This document shows, piece by piece, positions 50,141 to 64,000 of a DNA stretch of 64,000 bases. Within the stretch, counting starts at the first letter, position 1; each line of letters begins with the position of its first letter. The position numbers were made by a program, and so were the translations under genes. Source of the DNA: Paraspadella gotoi (lineage: Eukaryota; Animalia; Chaetognatha); contig CM119269.1 of NCBI GenBank assembly GCA_051294375.1, positions 19,038,418-19,102,417 on the forward strand. Direction: 5' to 3'. Under the pieces are notes generated by a model. The model was not told the DNA's origin and ran no database searches. It was given only the letters and a program-made list of their open reading frames with translations.

Positions 50141-50347
50141 GAGAGAGGAGAAGAGAGAGAGAAAAATATTTAAATTTTGACGACGGGGAGAACACTAAAT
50201 GTGTCCTTCTACCCAAGCTAGTACGTCATGTTACGCCATGTGATGCAAAAAAGTTTAACGACAAACGAGGAAGCGGAGTCAACTTGATGAGAGAGAAGAG
50301 AATGCGAAAAGACATGAGAGAGAGAGAGAGAGATGGATAGGAGGAAG

Positions 50348-50381
<34 letters not shown>

Positions 50382-51065
50382 AGCCAATTAGATTTTGACG
50401 ACGAGAAGAACACGAATTGTGACCTACCACTCAATCTACATATTAGGGCAAAGTGAAAGTTTGAAATCAAATTATATCTTAAAAGCTATTGTATTTATAA
50501 ATACTTATCCATATTTTTTATTATTTTGTTTATAGTATATTTAAATAATGTCAAAATTTTAAAATTTAGTTTTAATTCTGAGAACAGGATCAGATTCCTC
50601 ATAAAAAATTAAATTTTTAAGCTAAAAATATAAAATCGGCATTTTTTATATTATAAAATATAAACTATTAATTAAAAAAAATTAAAACAAATTTATACTT
50701 TCATTTACAAACTTTTTGCAACAAAACCAATTCTGGTCTCAGAATTTAATAATTTATTTTTTAAAATTTTAGTGATTATATATTTATTATTTTATATATA
50801 TATAGCTCACTGATTCCCACTAATGTATAAAATTTGAAAATTATTATACTAAAGTATTTTTATAGGTTGCATCACTCTACTATTTATATTATGGACTTAT
50901 GACAAACGAAAAAGCGGAATGTACTTCATAGGAAAAAGAGAAAGATGAAAAAGAGAGAGAGAGATAGAGAGAGAGAGAACTAAAACTAAGTAAAAGCTAA
51001 ATTTTTATGAACAATCTGTTATAAATAAATATATTTTTAAACCCGGATAAGCTGTTAAAACCGCT

Positions 51066-51624
51066 CTATAATTATTAAGGCGGAACAAGGTAAAAACTAA
51101 GAGTTCTGTCATATAAATAACGTTAAAGCATCCATGTGGGATAACGAAATTTAAAAAAAAATAAGATTTTATGTATAGTTAATAACATAGAAGCATTTAA
51201 AGTTTATCGTATTACTATAAATCATGAAAATTTTATATTTCAAATTCAGAATTTTTAAAAATAAATAAAAAATATTATTACAAGAATTCCAAATTTTTAT
51301 GTTTTATTGGCTAAAATTAGCAAAAACAATAAAAATTATGGTATGATGATGATCATCGAAATATTGAAAAACGCATTTTACTTTGTGTAGACAACTTTTT
51401 ATGGGCTATCTGAATCCGTTCTTAAAAAATAAATTTAAAAAAAAAATATTTTTCATTGCCTATGCATTTATAAATATTTAAATACTTCAATGTTATACTG
51501 TGCTTCACTAGTTATAAAAGTGATAGCAAATATTGCTTAAGTATATGATGGACAAATGAATTTTATATGACAGAACTTCTAATGATAAAAAGGGATCAAA
51601 TTTAACCCGCCTTAATAATTATAG
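51066..51624. mobile_element. MITE-like element with 18-bp perfect terminal inverted repeats
   Basis: ctataattattaaggcgg (51066-83) and ccgccttaataattatag (51607-24). A second inner inverted pair agttctgtcatataaa (~51101) and tttatatgacagaact (~51562). AT-rich non-coding interior. No TSD identified. Confidence 0.75.
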
Positions 51625-52602
51625 TATAAATATAATCTTTTTTATCTTTACGGACTTCTCTCACTTTTAAATATCATTGTTCAACAAACGTTTACGAAAT
51701 ACGTTTAATTTCCCCAAAAAGATTTTGAATATCAAGGGGATATAGGTAATTTCATTGTTTACTCAATTATGAAATTGTGTTACAGTGTTTTAGTATTTAT
51801 TCTTTGTTTTTTTGTTATAGGGTGTATTTTTTATAGTGTGTATTTTTTTAATTTTTTTTTTTAAATATGAATGAGATTGTCTGTCGGAGGCAAAGTAATG
51901 AAATAAATTAAACTTCTCAATAAATCTTTTGTGTCGGTACAGGCTTAAATATTTCGCTTCAAAAACTTCAAAACTTCAAACTTCAAACTTCAAAAACCAA
52001 GCTTCTCCCAGACCACGTAATTGAATTAAACTGGCGTTTCAAGAGACGGAAAAAGAGATAAAGAGATAAAATGGAGAACCAAAGTTTGTGCCTATCAATG
52101 TTTGGTCCTTCAATGCTCAATACCCTTGCATTTAAAATCTTTGTATCAAGAAATAAAATGTAACCGAGCCGTTTTTAACATTTGACTATGGCGACGTTGT
52201 TGACCATAAACGCAATTTACCCTCTCAACCCTTATGAGAATTTCGTCATGTTTTTGCTATTATAGTTCATTGAATTATCAAATTTTTATTTTGCGAGATT
52301 TTAAGTTGATTTTAATAAACGTCTTCGATCTACTTTTCGGTTACTTTTTTGTTGCTCACTTGGACAATAGCATATTTTCTCAAATACCAATATTTTTTAA
52401 ATATTTATCTTCTTCTACCTACTATAATGGCTTTAAAGGAAAGCTGATTCTATAGGAAAGCGCTGGCTGTAATATACGAGTAAAAACAATCGGTTAACGT
52501 AGTGAATTTATCAAACAGAAATAAAAACAGTATAAAGTTGAATTATATGTTCAATATGAGATTACATGCGAGAACAATTAGAGAGAAAACAAGTACGGTA
52601 AT

Positions 52603-52789
52603 TTGTTGCGCGGCAGGGACTTTCTTATCCGTAACTTATGTGCCCCCTCGGCAGCAATGGAACGGGTCCTGAGCTTGGAACCAGGCTTGGGGGTTTTCCA
52701 GGACCCCAAGGGTAGGTACCAGGTTGGGATTGAACGCGGTACGCAGTGGTCACGAGCTGATGGCATTACTCAATTATGCAATGCCCGAC
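52603..52789 (-). mobile_element. Probable tRNA-derived SINE
   Basis: An isolated GC-richer ~190-bp island. The - strand starts GTCGGGCATTGCATAATTGAGTAATGC (A-box-like) with GTTCAATCCC (B-box) ~45 nt downstream, followed by a hairpin-rich body. Single copy in the window. Confidence 0.5.
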
Positions 52790-53040
52790 TACAGATTCTT
52801 TACCCGATTGTTACGATTTTATTTGTATTAAAATACAGACATGTTTCGACTCTGTTTCGAGTCATGTCTGTTTTTTACTACAAATAAAATCGTAACAATA
52901 GTAACAGTAACACTTGCAACAAAAACAAATTTTGCTAAGATTTCTTTATCATAATTCTATCAATGAAAAAAAAGCCTAACATAAAGAAGTCTATCATTAA
53001 AATGAACAACTATTATGGAGGCAAAGTAACAATGTTCGCT

Positions 53041-54884
53041 TTACACAAAGTGAACCTGAAACGATCGGTCCCCCAAAATCCATCTCGCCCTCTGGCAATC
53101 CTCTTCTTCGCCATATTCCACGACGAGGGCCTCCTTCATGTAACTGTTTGTATTTTTGTTTTTAATATTAAGAACGCTGCCGAATTCCGAGAAGACGATC
53201 GGCAAGTCCTCGTCGACGATCTTCTCTCCCTTGTCTTTGACCCAGCGCGAATGGTATCGGTGCCACCGCCACAGGCAGAGTCTGCGGCTCGGCTCCGTCG
53301 GCGGCGGCGCGACGTCAAATTTAGTCAGCAGCCGCATCGCAATGTGAACGTCGGAGGCGTTCTCGAAGAGAAGGCCGGCGATGCCCTCGCTCATCAATCT
53401 GAAATCGGCGAGAAGATTGAGACTAGAACTACGAAGGCGCTCGCTGATGGCGGGAAAGTCGGAGTTCCGAAGATTCCGCACGACAAGGGCTGGAGGAGGA
53501 GAGGGAGGACGAGAGGGAGAAAGAGGATGTACAGGAGGCTTAGTCGATGCGGTGTTGGCTATGCTCGACAACGGACGCAAAGTCGGCCGAGACCTAGGGA
53601 ATGTTGACGGGCTGGAGCTGGAACCCGACCGATCACAATAGTTTTTGTCTTTGATTTTGTGTCTGGGTTCGAATGCCTGGGACTTGAAACGTTTTCTTTG
53701 TCTGTCCGGGCTCCGATCTTTTTTCGCGACAAAATTAGATTTTGGGAAGAATGTCAAATCTTCAGGGACGCTTCTCTCACTACTTGGCCATAAGGGAGGA
53801 GATCTCAAGACACTGCGCTCTCCTCTGTAGTTCATAATCTCACGGCCTGAAGTTGTGAACGATGAGGAAGATAAAGAAAGTGAACTTGCCTCTGGTTGAT
53901 GTGTCTCGAATGGAACCTGGTCGTCGCACGTACTATTGCCGAAAGAAGGTCCTTGGCTATTGCTGTATCTATTGCTACTTTTTCGAAAAGCGCCTCCGAT
54001 GCCACGTTTGTTGTCTTGACATTTCGTGAATCCGCCTTTCAAAAATCTCCCTCTTAATCCCAGATCAACTTCATCGTTTTCAACTTTGTTAGTTTTTGGC
54101 CCACCGTCAAGTATTTCATCAATTAATTCAGTGACTCCCTTGCTGGTAGATCCGTTATCCGGCAATGACGACGCGTCGGTTGTTTTTTCTTCGCTCTCCA
54201 GCGCAGTGCTTTTCTCAGTACGATCCCCAACGGCTTCTTTAGATCGATTAACTCCGTCCTTCCATCGCAAAAAATGAGATTTTGCATGGAACCGGCCGGT
54301 TAGCTCGTTGGAGAATTGTTTCTTGCACACGCGGCATTGATGAAAAACGCCACGTGTACCGATCAGGGATGATGGTGTAAGACGACGAAAACTTTCAGTT
54401 GATTCTTCTTTGATTTCTTTGTCTTCTTTGTCAACGTTCAGGATCTTTGATCCATCTCGCTTCAAATTATATACGACGATATCGCTCAGCATTTGCAGGC
54501 GGTTGGCTGTCGAAAGTGGGCCGCTTCTGAGGGCGAAATGAAAACAAGAATTTAGTAGTATAGATAAGAATATTTTATTTTTTTTAAGTTACCGGCATCC
54601 GGTGCAGGCGTATAAGGACCGGCGAGAATTACGAGGCCTCGCAACTTGAAAGAGTTGTCGGCAAATTGTACATTTTACCGACTCGTCTTTTGAGTCTGAA
54701 AAAGAAACCAGAGAAAATCTTTGAGTTTGATGAACTTCAGAAGAATTTGCAGAGCAAATTTCGAACCCAATTCGATCTTCCGTATTTTAACATTTTAACA
54801 CAACTTAGTTAGTTTGTTGGTTTTTTAATCAAGTGTTCTTTTTTTTCTCCCTCTTTATCTATTAATTTTACCATCTTTTTTTTT

Positions 54885-54976
<92 letters not shown>

Positions 54977-55163
54977 TCCTTCCTTCCCGTTACGACAAAC
55001 CTTTCGTTTGAGGACAGCGATGTTTAGCCAGAACTCCGCAACGAGTCACACGCTTTTCGCCGCGAGATGTTTTTCCGCAGCTTAAGCAGCAGGCGAGCCC
55101 AAGAGATTTGCTGTCCCATATCGAGGGCAGGATCAGACACATCTTCTTTGTTACTTCATTCAT
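53041..55163 (-). CDS. Unknown protein B (~583 aa), paralog of protein A, with an additional C2H2 zinc finger
   Basis: Exons 55163-55001, 54695-54593 and 54526-53041. 1752 nt, in frame, with the same intron phases (1,2) as gene A. IWDSKSLGLACCLSCGKTSR..HRCP..CTICRQLF..LYACTGCR; C2H2 CRVCKKQFSNELTGRFHAKSH; C-terminus LVVRNLRNSDFPAI..GLLFENASDV..APPPTEPSRRLCLWR..EALVVEYGEEEDC..VHFV. Confidence 0.8.
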
Positions 55164-56092
55164 TTTGATGGACTCGATACTGAAAGAGATTTTTGTCAGA
55201 GAATATTCAAAAAAACTCTTTTATTGTCGTTAAAATTAATGATTTTAAAAACACAAAATGTGGTATCATGTAAAAATATCGCGCTGTTTCGGTTTGTATT
55301 TGCCGGTTTTTATCGCTTCTTTATATATTCTACTTTAAATCAAGTTTCACGCAATGTTTATTTACTTTTAAAAATGGCAACAGCGACAATTTATGAAAAC
55401 AAAATAGCAAATAGATTTTGACGGGAAAAAAATTTACAAAAGAATCACGTATAGGGCTTCAATTGATGAAATATTGCAAACAATTAAAATTACGAAATGC
55501 TTGTAAATTTAGAGATATTAACCGATTTAGTACGTTTTAAAAAAGGAAGAAGGGTAAAAGACAAAAAATAGAAAAAAACAATAAAAGGTTATGGAGATGA
55601 AAATAGTGTGATGTCGCCTTAGTAGTTTTAAAATAGCTTTTCAGTGTCATTGAGTTTAGGTTCGGTTTTTATATCTTCCGGTCAAGCGTACAAAAAATGT
55701 TATTATTTTCAGAAATAATTTTGAGGACACTATACATATACCTTTCAAGAAGTTAAAACGTTTTTAAGTTTTCTATTTATTTTCAAATTTTTATCATACT
55801 ATCATTTAAAGGAGTTTTTAAAGAGTTTGATGACCACCGACGAGTAGTAGGCTTTTTTATTTTTCTTCTAGTATTATCTTTAATTAAAATCAAGCGTTGT
55901 AAAGCGAAAATTTCTTCTTTGAAAGTGAACGACATCGCTTTTTTAATAAAAATATTTAAATTTGTTTTTCTTTTTTTGGCGCTCATTTCGTTCCCCAACA
56001 AAATATTTGTCTTCGAAGACGAGTTGGAAACTACAGGAACGAATGATGATCGAGTGAGAGAGTGAGAAGAGTGGGGAAAGAGTGAGCGAGTG

Positions 56093-56153
<61 letters not shown>

Positions 56154-56690
56154 AAGAGAGAAGAGAGAAGAGGATCAGAGTCTACAAGAATTTCCGCGCC
56201 AACGATACAGAAATAAAACCATGGAAAAGCAGGCGATTATTAAATTTGCTGAATGTCCTTTAGTTCTTTTTCACCTTAATCTTTAAATCGACACGCGAAG
56301 CCTAATTAATATATATTTTATTTTGAAAATACTATTATTCTTTCTTATCCTCAAGTTCCCCATTTTACGACTTTTTTCTTCCCATTTAGACTTTAAAATT
56401 CCGAAGTCAGAGCCAAAGCGGAAATGAAAGAACAGTTGTTGAGTCTTAACTTGAAATTTTCTTGTAAACAAAATAATTTTATGCGAAGATTTTTTTTTAA
56501 TGATTCGATTTTTGAGATTAGACTCTCGGACGAGATTCTTTATGGAATTGTTCGCTCCTTCAGTCTTTGTAACTGGCAGAGTGCTCATCCTTTTCCTTTT
56601 TCTCAGTCTTTATAAACATTTTATCGTTCAAACGAATCTCACAAAAGTGATCAAAGCTTCAACACCCCGTCGGCGAGCGAGACTGCCAAT

Positions 56691-56810
<120 letters not shown>

Positions 56811-57048
56811 CATTCAGGATCGGTCCAATGATCCGAAGCAAGTAAGCAAATATTCTATGAATAGCTCCGCCGACAAAATCTTTTAGACGAACAAACCAAA
56901 TATAAAGAATATTTTTCATTTTTGCTTTGCCTTCCCTCCTTAGTGCCCCAGGCCTTTTTACAATCGATCGTAACTGACTTAAGATTAAACAACAGACGCG
57001 ATAGTAATCAGAGAGAACCTCCTGACACGTCGATACATTCGGGAGAAA

Positions 57049-57100
<52 letters not shown>

Positions 57101-60100
57101 GAAAAGAAGGTAAAAGAGAGAGAAAGAAAGAAGAGAAAGAATAAAAAGAAAAAGAAAAAAAAACGAAGGAAGCAGCTCTCGAGCGAAGAATTGACTCTTC
57201 CTGTTTTCATCAAATACAGAATGATTTTTCTCGTTTGAAACATTTTGTAACAGTATATCTATGCAACACTCAAATTTAAAAAGATTAATAATTTTAATTA
57301 AAGATTTTAAAGATCTCGGTGAGGCAATTTGTATGATTTATAATACAACATATTTGTAATAAGTCTTCTTTATTTAGTGACTGTCTATTAAGAGAAGGTC
57401 AAATATGAAACTTCATCAATGAATATTATAAATTTTTTATGATGATTAAAAGGTATTTAAAATTAAAGCGAAAATAATTATGAGGTAATAAACATGTAGC
57501 ATTTTTTTCTTTTTTAAATTTTTTAATTCAAATATCAAAATACCACTGACAGCTAAAAATATAAATCAAGGGTATTAAACAAGTAGTTAACCATTAGTCA
57601 TAGTATTGTTCAATGCATGAAAACAAAACTTGTACCAAGTTATTAAGATTAAAAAATTGAATATTTCATATTACCCATTTTTTAGATTAAGAAAAAATTT
57701 AAAAAATCAAGTGACATTTTATAAAAAATTCATCTTCTTATTATTTTTAAAAGTTATTAAGCACCTAAGCATTAAACGAATATAAAATCTATACAACATT
57801 GAAGAGTAGGCACAATGCTACATTTCGCATACTATACGTTTAAATTTAACTAAGTTTTGATTGGTTGACTACGTGAAACATTAAAAGGTAAAAAAAATCA
57901 AAAGTTGATAGACAAATTTGATAAGTTCATTAGAGCAAAGAAGTTAATACTAAAGACTTGATCGATTCAAAAATGCCAGACGATTAATTAAAGGTTCGAC
58001 TAATGACGTTAGAAAAATAAAGGAGAATTCATGAATTACATAAAATACGTTTGTTAACAAATATAAATTTATAAAATGATTAGGTTTCGGTTCAAGAACA
58101 ATATGATGGCAATGCAGACGGCCCAGACTGTTTGACTTGCAGCGGTGAAGCAGAACGGCGCCTTGTATACATAGGAACCGTGGGCGCCGCCTGCGGGTGG
58201 AAATGACGCCGATCCCACCCCCATGAAGAATGTGGTCGCGGCGACGGCGCCGACTCAACGGCGATGACCGACCAGATCCTAAAATTTAATATAATTTAAT
58301 TTAATACGTTGTTATACGTTGCGTAATTTGTTTGAGTTAGAAAATGAATTGTTTGTTAACGTACAACGAGTTTTATTAAGAAACATAAATTTCGGACATG
58401 TTTCGGTTTTGTGAAACAAATATTTTTCCAGACTTGGAAGTTTGTGAAAATATAAATAAACAAAAATGTTAGATTTTCCGCAAGTAAAATCAAAAGAAAA
58501 TGAACGAGCGAAAGACAAAAATAGCTTTCATAAATAAAACAAAATATTGATTGTAATCTGAATAGTTAAATAGCGTAAAGTGACATTGGCTCGAAGATAG
58601 CGAGGGTTTTTTCGCTTAAAAGTTCATTTAAATTCTTAGGTTCAAACACTTAACAAGGCGATAGTACTCTATCATTTGATCGCTCTTGTGATGTTTATTC
58701 CGGTCAACTTTTTTTGTGTTTTTATGTATAGAGCAAACCATGCAAAACCAAATAGAAGATTTCGTTCAGAGAGATCTTGCGTGGACATTAATTTTTTGTA
58801 GATCAAACTGTCTTTTGTTTCCTCAATGTCGTCACAGAGCGCTACGTTTCCATGAAATCGCCAAGTTTTATTTCAACAAAAGCGCAAGGGTCGAAACTCA
58901 AAAGTTTGGTCTAATTTTGTCAATTTTTTTAGTCTTGGTTATTCTTTCAAGTTGTTAGTAAAAATAAATGACTTCCTAATGGAATTTTTTTTGTATTGAC
59001 CACGGAGTTAACCATCTGGTTCTTACCGAGGAAAAACTTGCAATCGTCGTTCTAAACAATCAATTGAGAAAAACAGTGACAAAACGTTCGCATGTCTTTA
59101 ATTTCGTAATATGAGGTGCAAATGAAACTGAGAACGTTTTCAAGGAAAACTTACAAATTATTTTTCTTTGTAAAATATATTTTTATAAACATAACTAAAA
59201 GTTAAAACTATGAATATTGCACAGTCAATTAAACAGATCTATAATAGCGGTAGCCGACCAAATTCAAATTTTAATGGGAACAGCATTAAACTAATCCATT
59301 ATTGGTATTAATTATTGTGTTAAAATATTTTTTTTGCAAAAATGTTCCGAACCATGAGTAATTCGCTAATTAATATTATTATATTGCTATATAATGTCAA
59401 AAATTTTTTTTGGATATTTTAAGTTTTTTTAATTGAATCTGATAGAGCTTAAAAAGTGAAGCAAAAAATATAATTACAACTTTTTAAGATTTTGATGTTT
59501 TATTACTAAAAATTAGTAAAAACTGCTAAAATCATCGGATGATGATGATGATGATGATTTTTTAAGGTTTTTCTCAATTTTAACCCACTTATCATCAAAA
59601 TATTGAAAAAAGAATTATACTTTGCGTAGATAACTTTTCATAAGCTATTTGAATCTTCTTTTAAAAATAAAAAATTCCAAAAAAAATTTTTGACATTTCC
59701 TATCTATAAAAAATATTAAAAAATTAATTACTAATGCTTCTTGCCATTTTAGAAAATTTTGCTCCATTGAAAGTTTTCTCAGAAATGTATGAAGTTTCAT
59801 TTGGAAAGGTTCCCAAATCAAACTTCTGACCCACCCCATTGACGAAGTTTGGCTCTATCTATAACAGTAGAAATAACCGCCATTATTATGAGCATTTGTT
59901 AAGGATTTTCAGCTTCCTAAGCTCAAATAAAATTTATGAAATTGGTACTACCAATATAAAAATTATGTAATACTTTACTTCAGATTCCTATTTCGTTAAA
60001 AAAGTGTTTTGGTAAATATATTGTTTTCTTTGAAAAGCTAGCTTCATTTGGGTTAAATTTTCAATTAAATAAGAAGGCGTTTCACCAAAATATCATAATA

Positions 60101-60127
60101 TTGTAAATGAGTTTAAAGAGTCAATAT

Positions 60128-60361
60128 TATGGTGGACTAAAATCCACCTACCGTTCATCAGCGGCCATTGGTGCCGGAGGCAAGTCATTCACCTCCCAAC
60201 CCAAAGGTCCGGGATTCTAGCCCGCTGGTCGTCTGGCAGTTAAGAGGGACGGGGCGCTTAACCCGCCTGTAACATGGTGTTACAGCCTGATCCGAAGCTA
60301 AGGGACTGCTTATATTGAACGGTTCTGTCATTAACACATAACAATAATTACTGTCTCTTCA
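60128..60361 (+). mobile_element. Solo LTR of the TRIM family
   Basis: Reverse complement of 15466-15700 with few substitutions. Termini TATGGTGG...CTCTTCA. 4-bp TSD atat (60124-27, 60362-65). Confidence 0.92.
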
Positions 60362-62968
60362 ATATGAATTTAAATATACAATGGAGTTCATCATATCTCT
60401 CGTAAAGAAAATATCAAAGTCCAATGTAATTTATTGAATAATTTTTTATTCACTGCTCGTACATAATAGATGAGGGTTAAACTCCGACGATTTAACAATG
60501 TCTAGCGAATAAATAAAAACAACGGCGTAATAGCATCACGTTAGTATAACAATTTAACTATGACTCACGACTGAACAAACATTTTAAAGGACCACAGAGC
60601 TAAAATCCCATTCCAATCTCAATTGTTTGTTTGTTTGTTCCTCATTTCCATCTCATTTTTCAAAGCAGATTTGGTCAGAGAAACGAGGACTCGGGTCAGA
60701 TTAGGGTCAAGTCTGTAAGAAGGGCGTGACGAGGTGAGGAGTGCGTGAGTAAGGAAAGTATGAGGTTCTATGGGATGGGACGGGTAACCGGTTAACCCGC
60801 CAGATCCGAATCTCTGGACTACATGAATGTGACACCGCTACTGGTCTGTTTCCCTGAAAAAACAGCCTCTTCAGAGGAACCATTACTCTTCAGTACGCTT
60901 ACGTTCAAGAAAAAATACGGCTTCGGTCAGCGTATCCAAGTCAACATCTCAAAGCACTCTTTATAACTATAAAATGTATAAATGTAGAGATAAATCATTA
61001 AAGTTCTTAACGGTCATGTCCGTGTTACATCAATTGTTTCCCTTCGTCGCTACATACAAACCCGAACCAACAGAAGAGAATCCAAGTTCCACACGCGATT
61101 CCAACTCTGCGCATGCGATCTTGTTGCGCGCGCAAAACCCGTCTTTTCATGCACGCAATCGTTTCATCTTCGTCGCCGGGATTTTAAAAGTCGTGCACGC
61201 GATTCTCATCCAAAAACCGACTTTCACCATCGCCACCATCACCACCACCCCCACCAACGCCATTTCCATCCCCCTCGGCCACCGCCGCCGCCGCCCCCAC
61301 TAAGCCACAGCAGGCGCCGCCGTCCACGTACACCTTTCGGACCGGGAACACGAAATGGGGAATAAAAATAAGAAAGTTCCTGGGCGAAATTTCGCGGCGG
61401 CCGAACGGGACTCGGACGCAGCTCTCTGTTTTTTTTTCGTTTTTCGTTTCTATTTTTCGTTTTATTTCCATTTTGTTTTTGTTTGTTTGTTTTTTTTAGT
61501 TCCGATTACGAGCCGCCTGTTGGCTTTTCATTAGTCGTGACCCGAATGCGCTTCGACTGAACTACCGTTTAAAAATTCTTCAGCTAGTAGGAACTAATTA
61601 GATTTTTTTTAGCCCATACTAAAATTGCTATTTTATTGGTTAAAATAAGAAACTAAAAAAGCACAATTAATCATGTGCCTAATCGTAATTTGTCAATAGA
61701 TTATAATTTTTCAAAGTTGGTGCCTAAAAAAGAAATTCACTTTTAGCTGCAAAAACTTTTTTCGAACCTTCGAGAAGTTTTTGACGATAAGATAAGGACA
61801 ATGACGATCGAAGACGACAACAACAGCGGAATTTGACCCTTGATTTATTTCGTTAAAAATCATAAAAGGGAAAAAAAACGATTTTTATCTTGATTATCGA
61901 TCGTCGATCTCACCCCACGCGATTCAGTTTTTTTTTTTTTTTAATTTTGTTTGTTTTTAAGGTCTACATTTTACTACTGTTACAATTACTGCGGCGAATG
62001 TGAAGAAAAATCCTTCGCAAACGACATTCAAAACATAACTCTCTATCACTAAAAAAGCGGCGAACCAAAAAAAAAAAGCTTCAAAATCACAAGTTTCCGA
62101 CGAAAGAAACAAAAAAGCACAAAACAAAACAAAGTGGTTGTTTTGAGAAACGAGGCAGTTAAAGAAATCCCTGCGTGAAATAATCGTTTAGGAAAATTAA
62201 AGAGGCACTTGGTTAATGTTAAGGAGTTCTTTCCGGAAAAGGTGAAACCTTCATTCCGTAGAACGAGGAAAACCGAGTGGGCGTGGCGCCAACTTTTGGA
62301 ATCCTTCGACCGGCGCCATTTTTTTTTTCAAGCGGGGGTTAATCTTCCTCTTCCGGTGAAAGAAGAAAACTAAACTGAGGATCATCCACCCGGAGCGACG
62401 GACGAATTGAAGATCAAGTTGGCGTCGAATAAGGCTCGGGTCTTTTTGCTTTCTGCTTTTTATTTTTTTCCCAAAGGTAATTAAATCGCGACTGCAAAGG
62501 TCAATACTAAAACAATAATTTAAATAAGCGTTCAATATTCCGGAAATAAAAAATATCCGTAGTTAACTAAGAGTCCCACCTACGAAATTAACTCTATAAA
62601 ACTATGTAAAAAAAAAAACAGATCTAACGGGAAGACGAAAAAAAAGGCAAAAGTGAAAATGGAAGAAAAATTCGTTTTAAAGTCGAAAGAAGTCGAAATA
62701 TCTACTTAGAGTGAGACAGGAAATGGGAAATGGAGAACAACAAAAGAAAAAGAGCTTGTAAACAGAATCAGAAATTCGCATATTCTTATCAATTTTCGTA
62801 TATGTTTGCAAATGATATTTCGGGCCCATTTTATCCGACATGTGCTGTGTTGTGGATGTGAGAAAAAGAGAGAATTATTCTAGGAATCAGGTGCCTCCGC
62901 TACTTTTCTTTTGACCGTTAATTTCCATGGCACTGAGTTCCATCTCCGGAATTACTGGCCCTGGGGAA

Positions 62969-63011
<43 letters not shown>

Positions 63012-63718
63012 GTAAGAAAAAGAGCCAATTCCGTCGTCTCTTCCGCTTTTGAAAGAACTCGACCGTAAAAGATTTCGCGACTCTTCGTTTCATTTCATTT
63101 CATTTCATTTCATTTCATTTCATTTCATTTCATTTCATTTCCGCACTTTTTTCCTCGTCTCGTTGGCGCAAAGGAAGATCGCGTCAACCCGTCCAATGTC
63201 TCAGTCTGAGTCACCAATAAAGGCAGATTAACAGTAAATACTGAAAAGACAAATTAAAGAAATAGGAACAATTGATAAAGACTAAAGTTTATCATTCGCT
63301 TAGATTAAGCAAAAAAAAATGGCGACCATTTTCAAATGGTAAGAAAGAAAAACAAGGACCGTGTTTATTTTCACGTTGTCATGAGAATGAAATCGTGTTT
63401 TCCAAGGCCCAAAGAGAATTTCTTATCCTTGATAGTCGGAGTCCGCCTTAAATCTCCCCATATCATTGGGAAACGTAATTATGAGTATTAAGTCGGACTA
63501 TTGTTTGCTTTTATGACCTCAACATTTTCAAATCAAAACTTAAGGTAGCAAGTTTTAAATTAATTCATATTTGTAAACCATGGATCATTTAATTTTTTTT
63601 TCAGAGTGACGCCTCTTGAAACAAGAGGAAAAAGAAACAAAACTAACAAAATGAGGACGCATAAGTCCAAAAAATTTCGGAGGAAATGGAAAGAATTGAC
63701 GTTGCTTGCAGGTAAATG

Positions 63719-63812
<94 letters not shown>

Positions 63813-64000
63813 TCATAGTCATCTATCATTGTTAACTTTAACCTAACCTTTTACCAGTTCAAATACTTGTCTTTCTGCCGTTGACACCTGTGCCCACGAC
63901 GGCGACGACGGCAGCGACGACAGCGACAGCAGCGACGACAGCGACAGCAGCGACGACGACCTCATCGACGACGGAAACCACGCCCTCTTCCTGCGACGAT

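Noticed and set aside
52578-52887. Short ORFs over the GC-richer island
   Set aside because: No protein similarity recognised. A/B-box-like motifs favour a SINE.

Overview
Eukaryotic (invertebrate-type, AT-rich, (AG)n-rich, intron-containing) genomic DNA from a gappy draft assembly. Real genes: an SLC5A5/6/8/12-clade Na+/solute symporter (+, 13626-19774), an MCTP-like C2-domain membrane protein (+, ~40480-46099), and two tandem paralogous 3-exon genes (-, 46727-48958 and 53041-55163) encoding an unfamiliar Cys-rich N-terminal domain plus a C-terminal degenerate RRM-like region. About 18.8 kb (21515-40350) is not new genome. It reads as a single raw long read pasted into the assembly: the reverse complement of ~17540->10530, a PacBio SMRTbell adapter at 28346-28385, then a forward copy of ~10530->21514, with A miscalled as C up to ~36580. 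All the long GC-rich ORFs there are spurious. The most interesting biology is in small non-coding retroelements. (i) A 657-bp TRIM with 235-bp LTRs that embed a 72-nt tRNA-like cloverleaf, a tRNA-Trp-like PBS, a PPT and a 4-bp TSD, plus two solo LTRs, one present in the read copy but absent from the assembly copy. (ii) A different LTR whose PBS position holds the whole CCA-ended 3' half of a tRNA-Leu between 17-bp direct repeats. Also present: a MITE, a probable tRNA-SINE, a Helentron/DINE-like remnant and several minisatellites.
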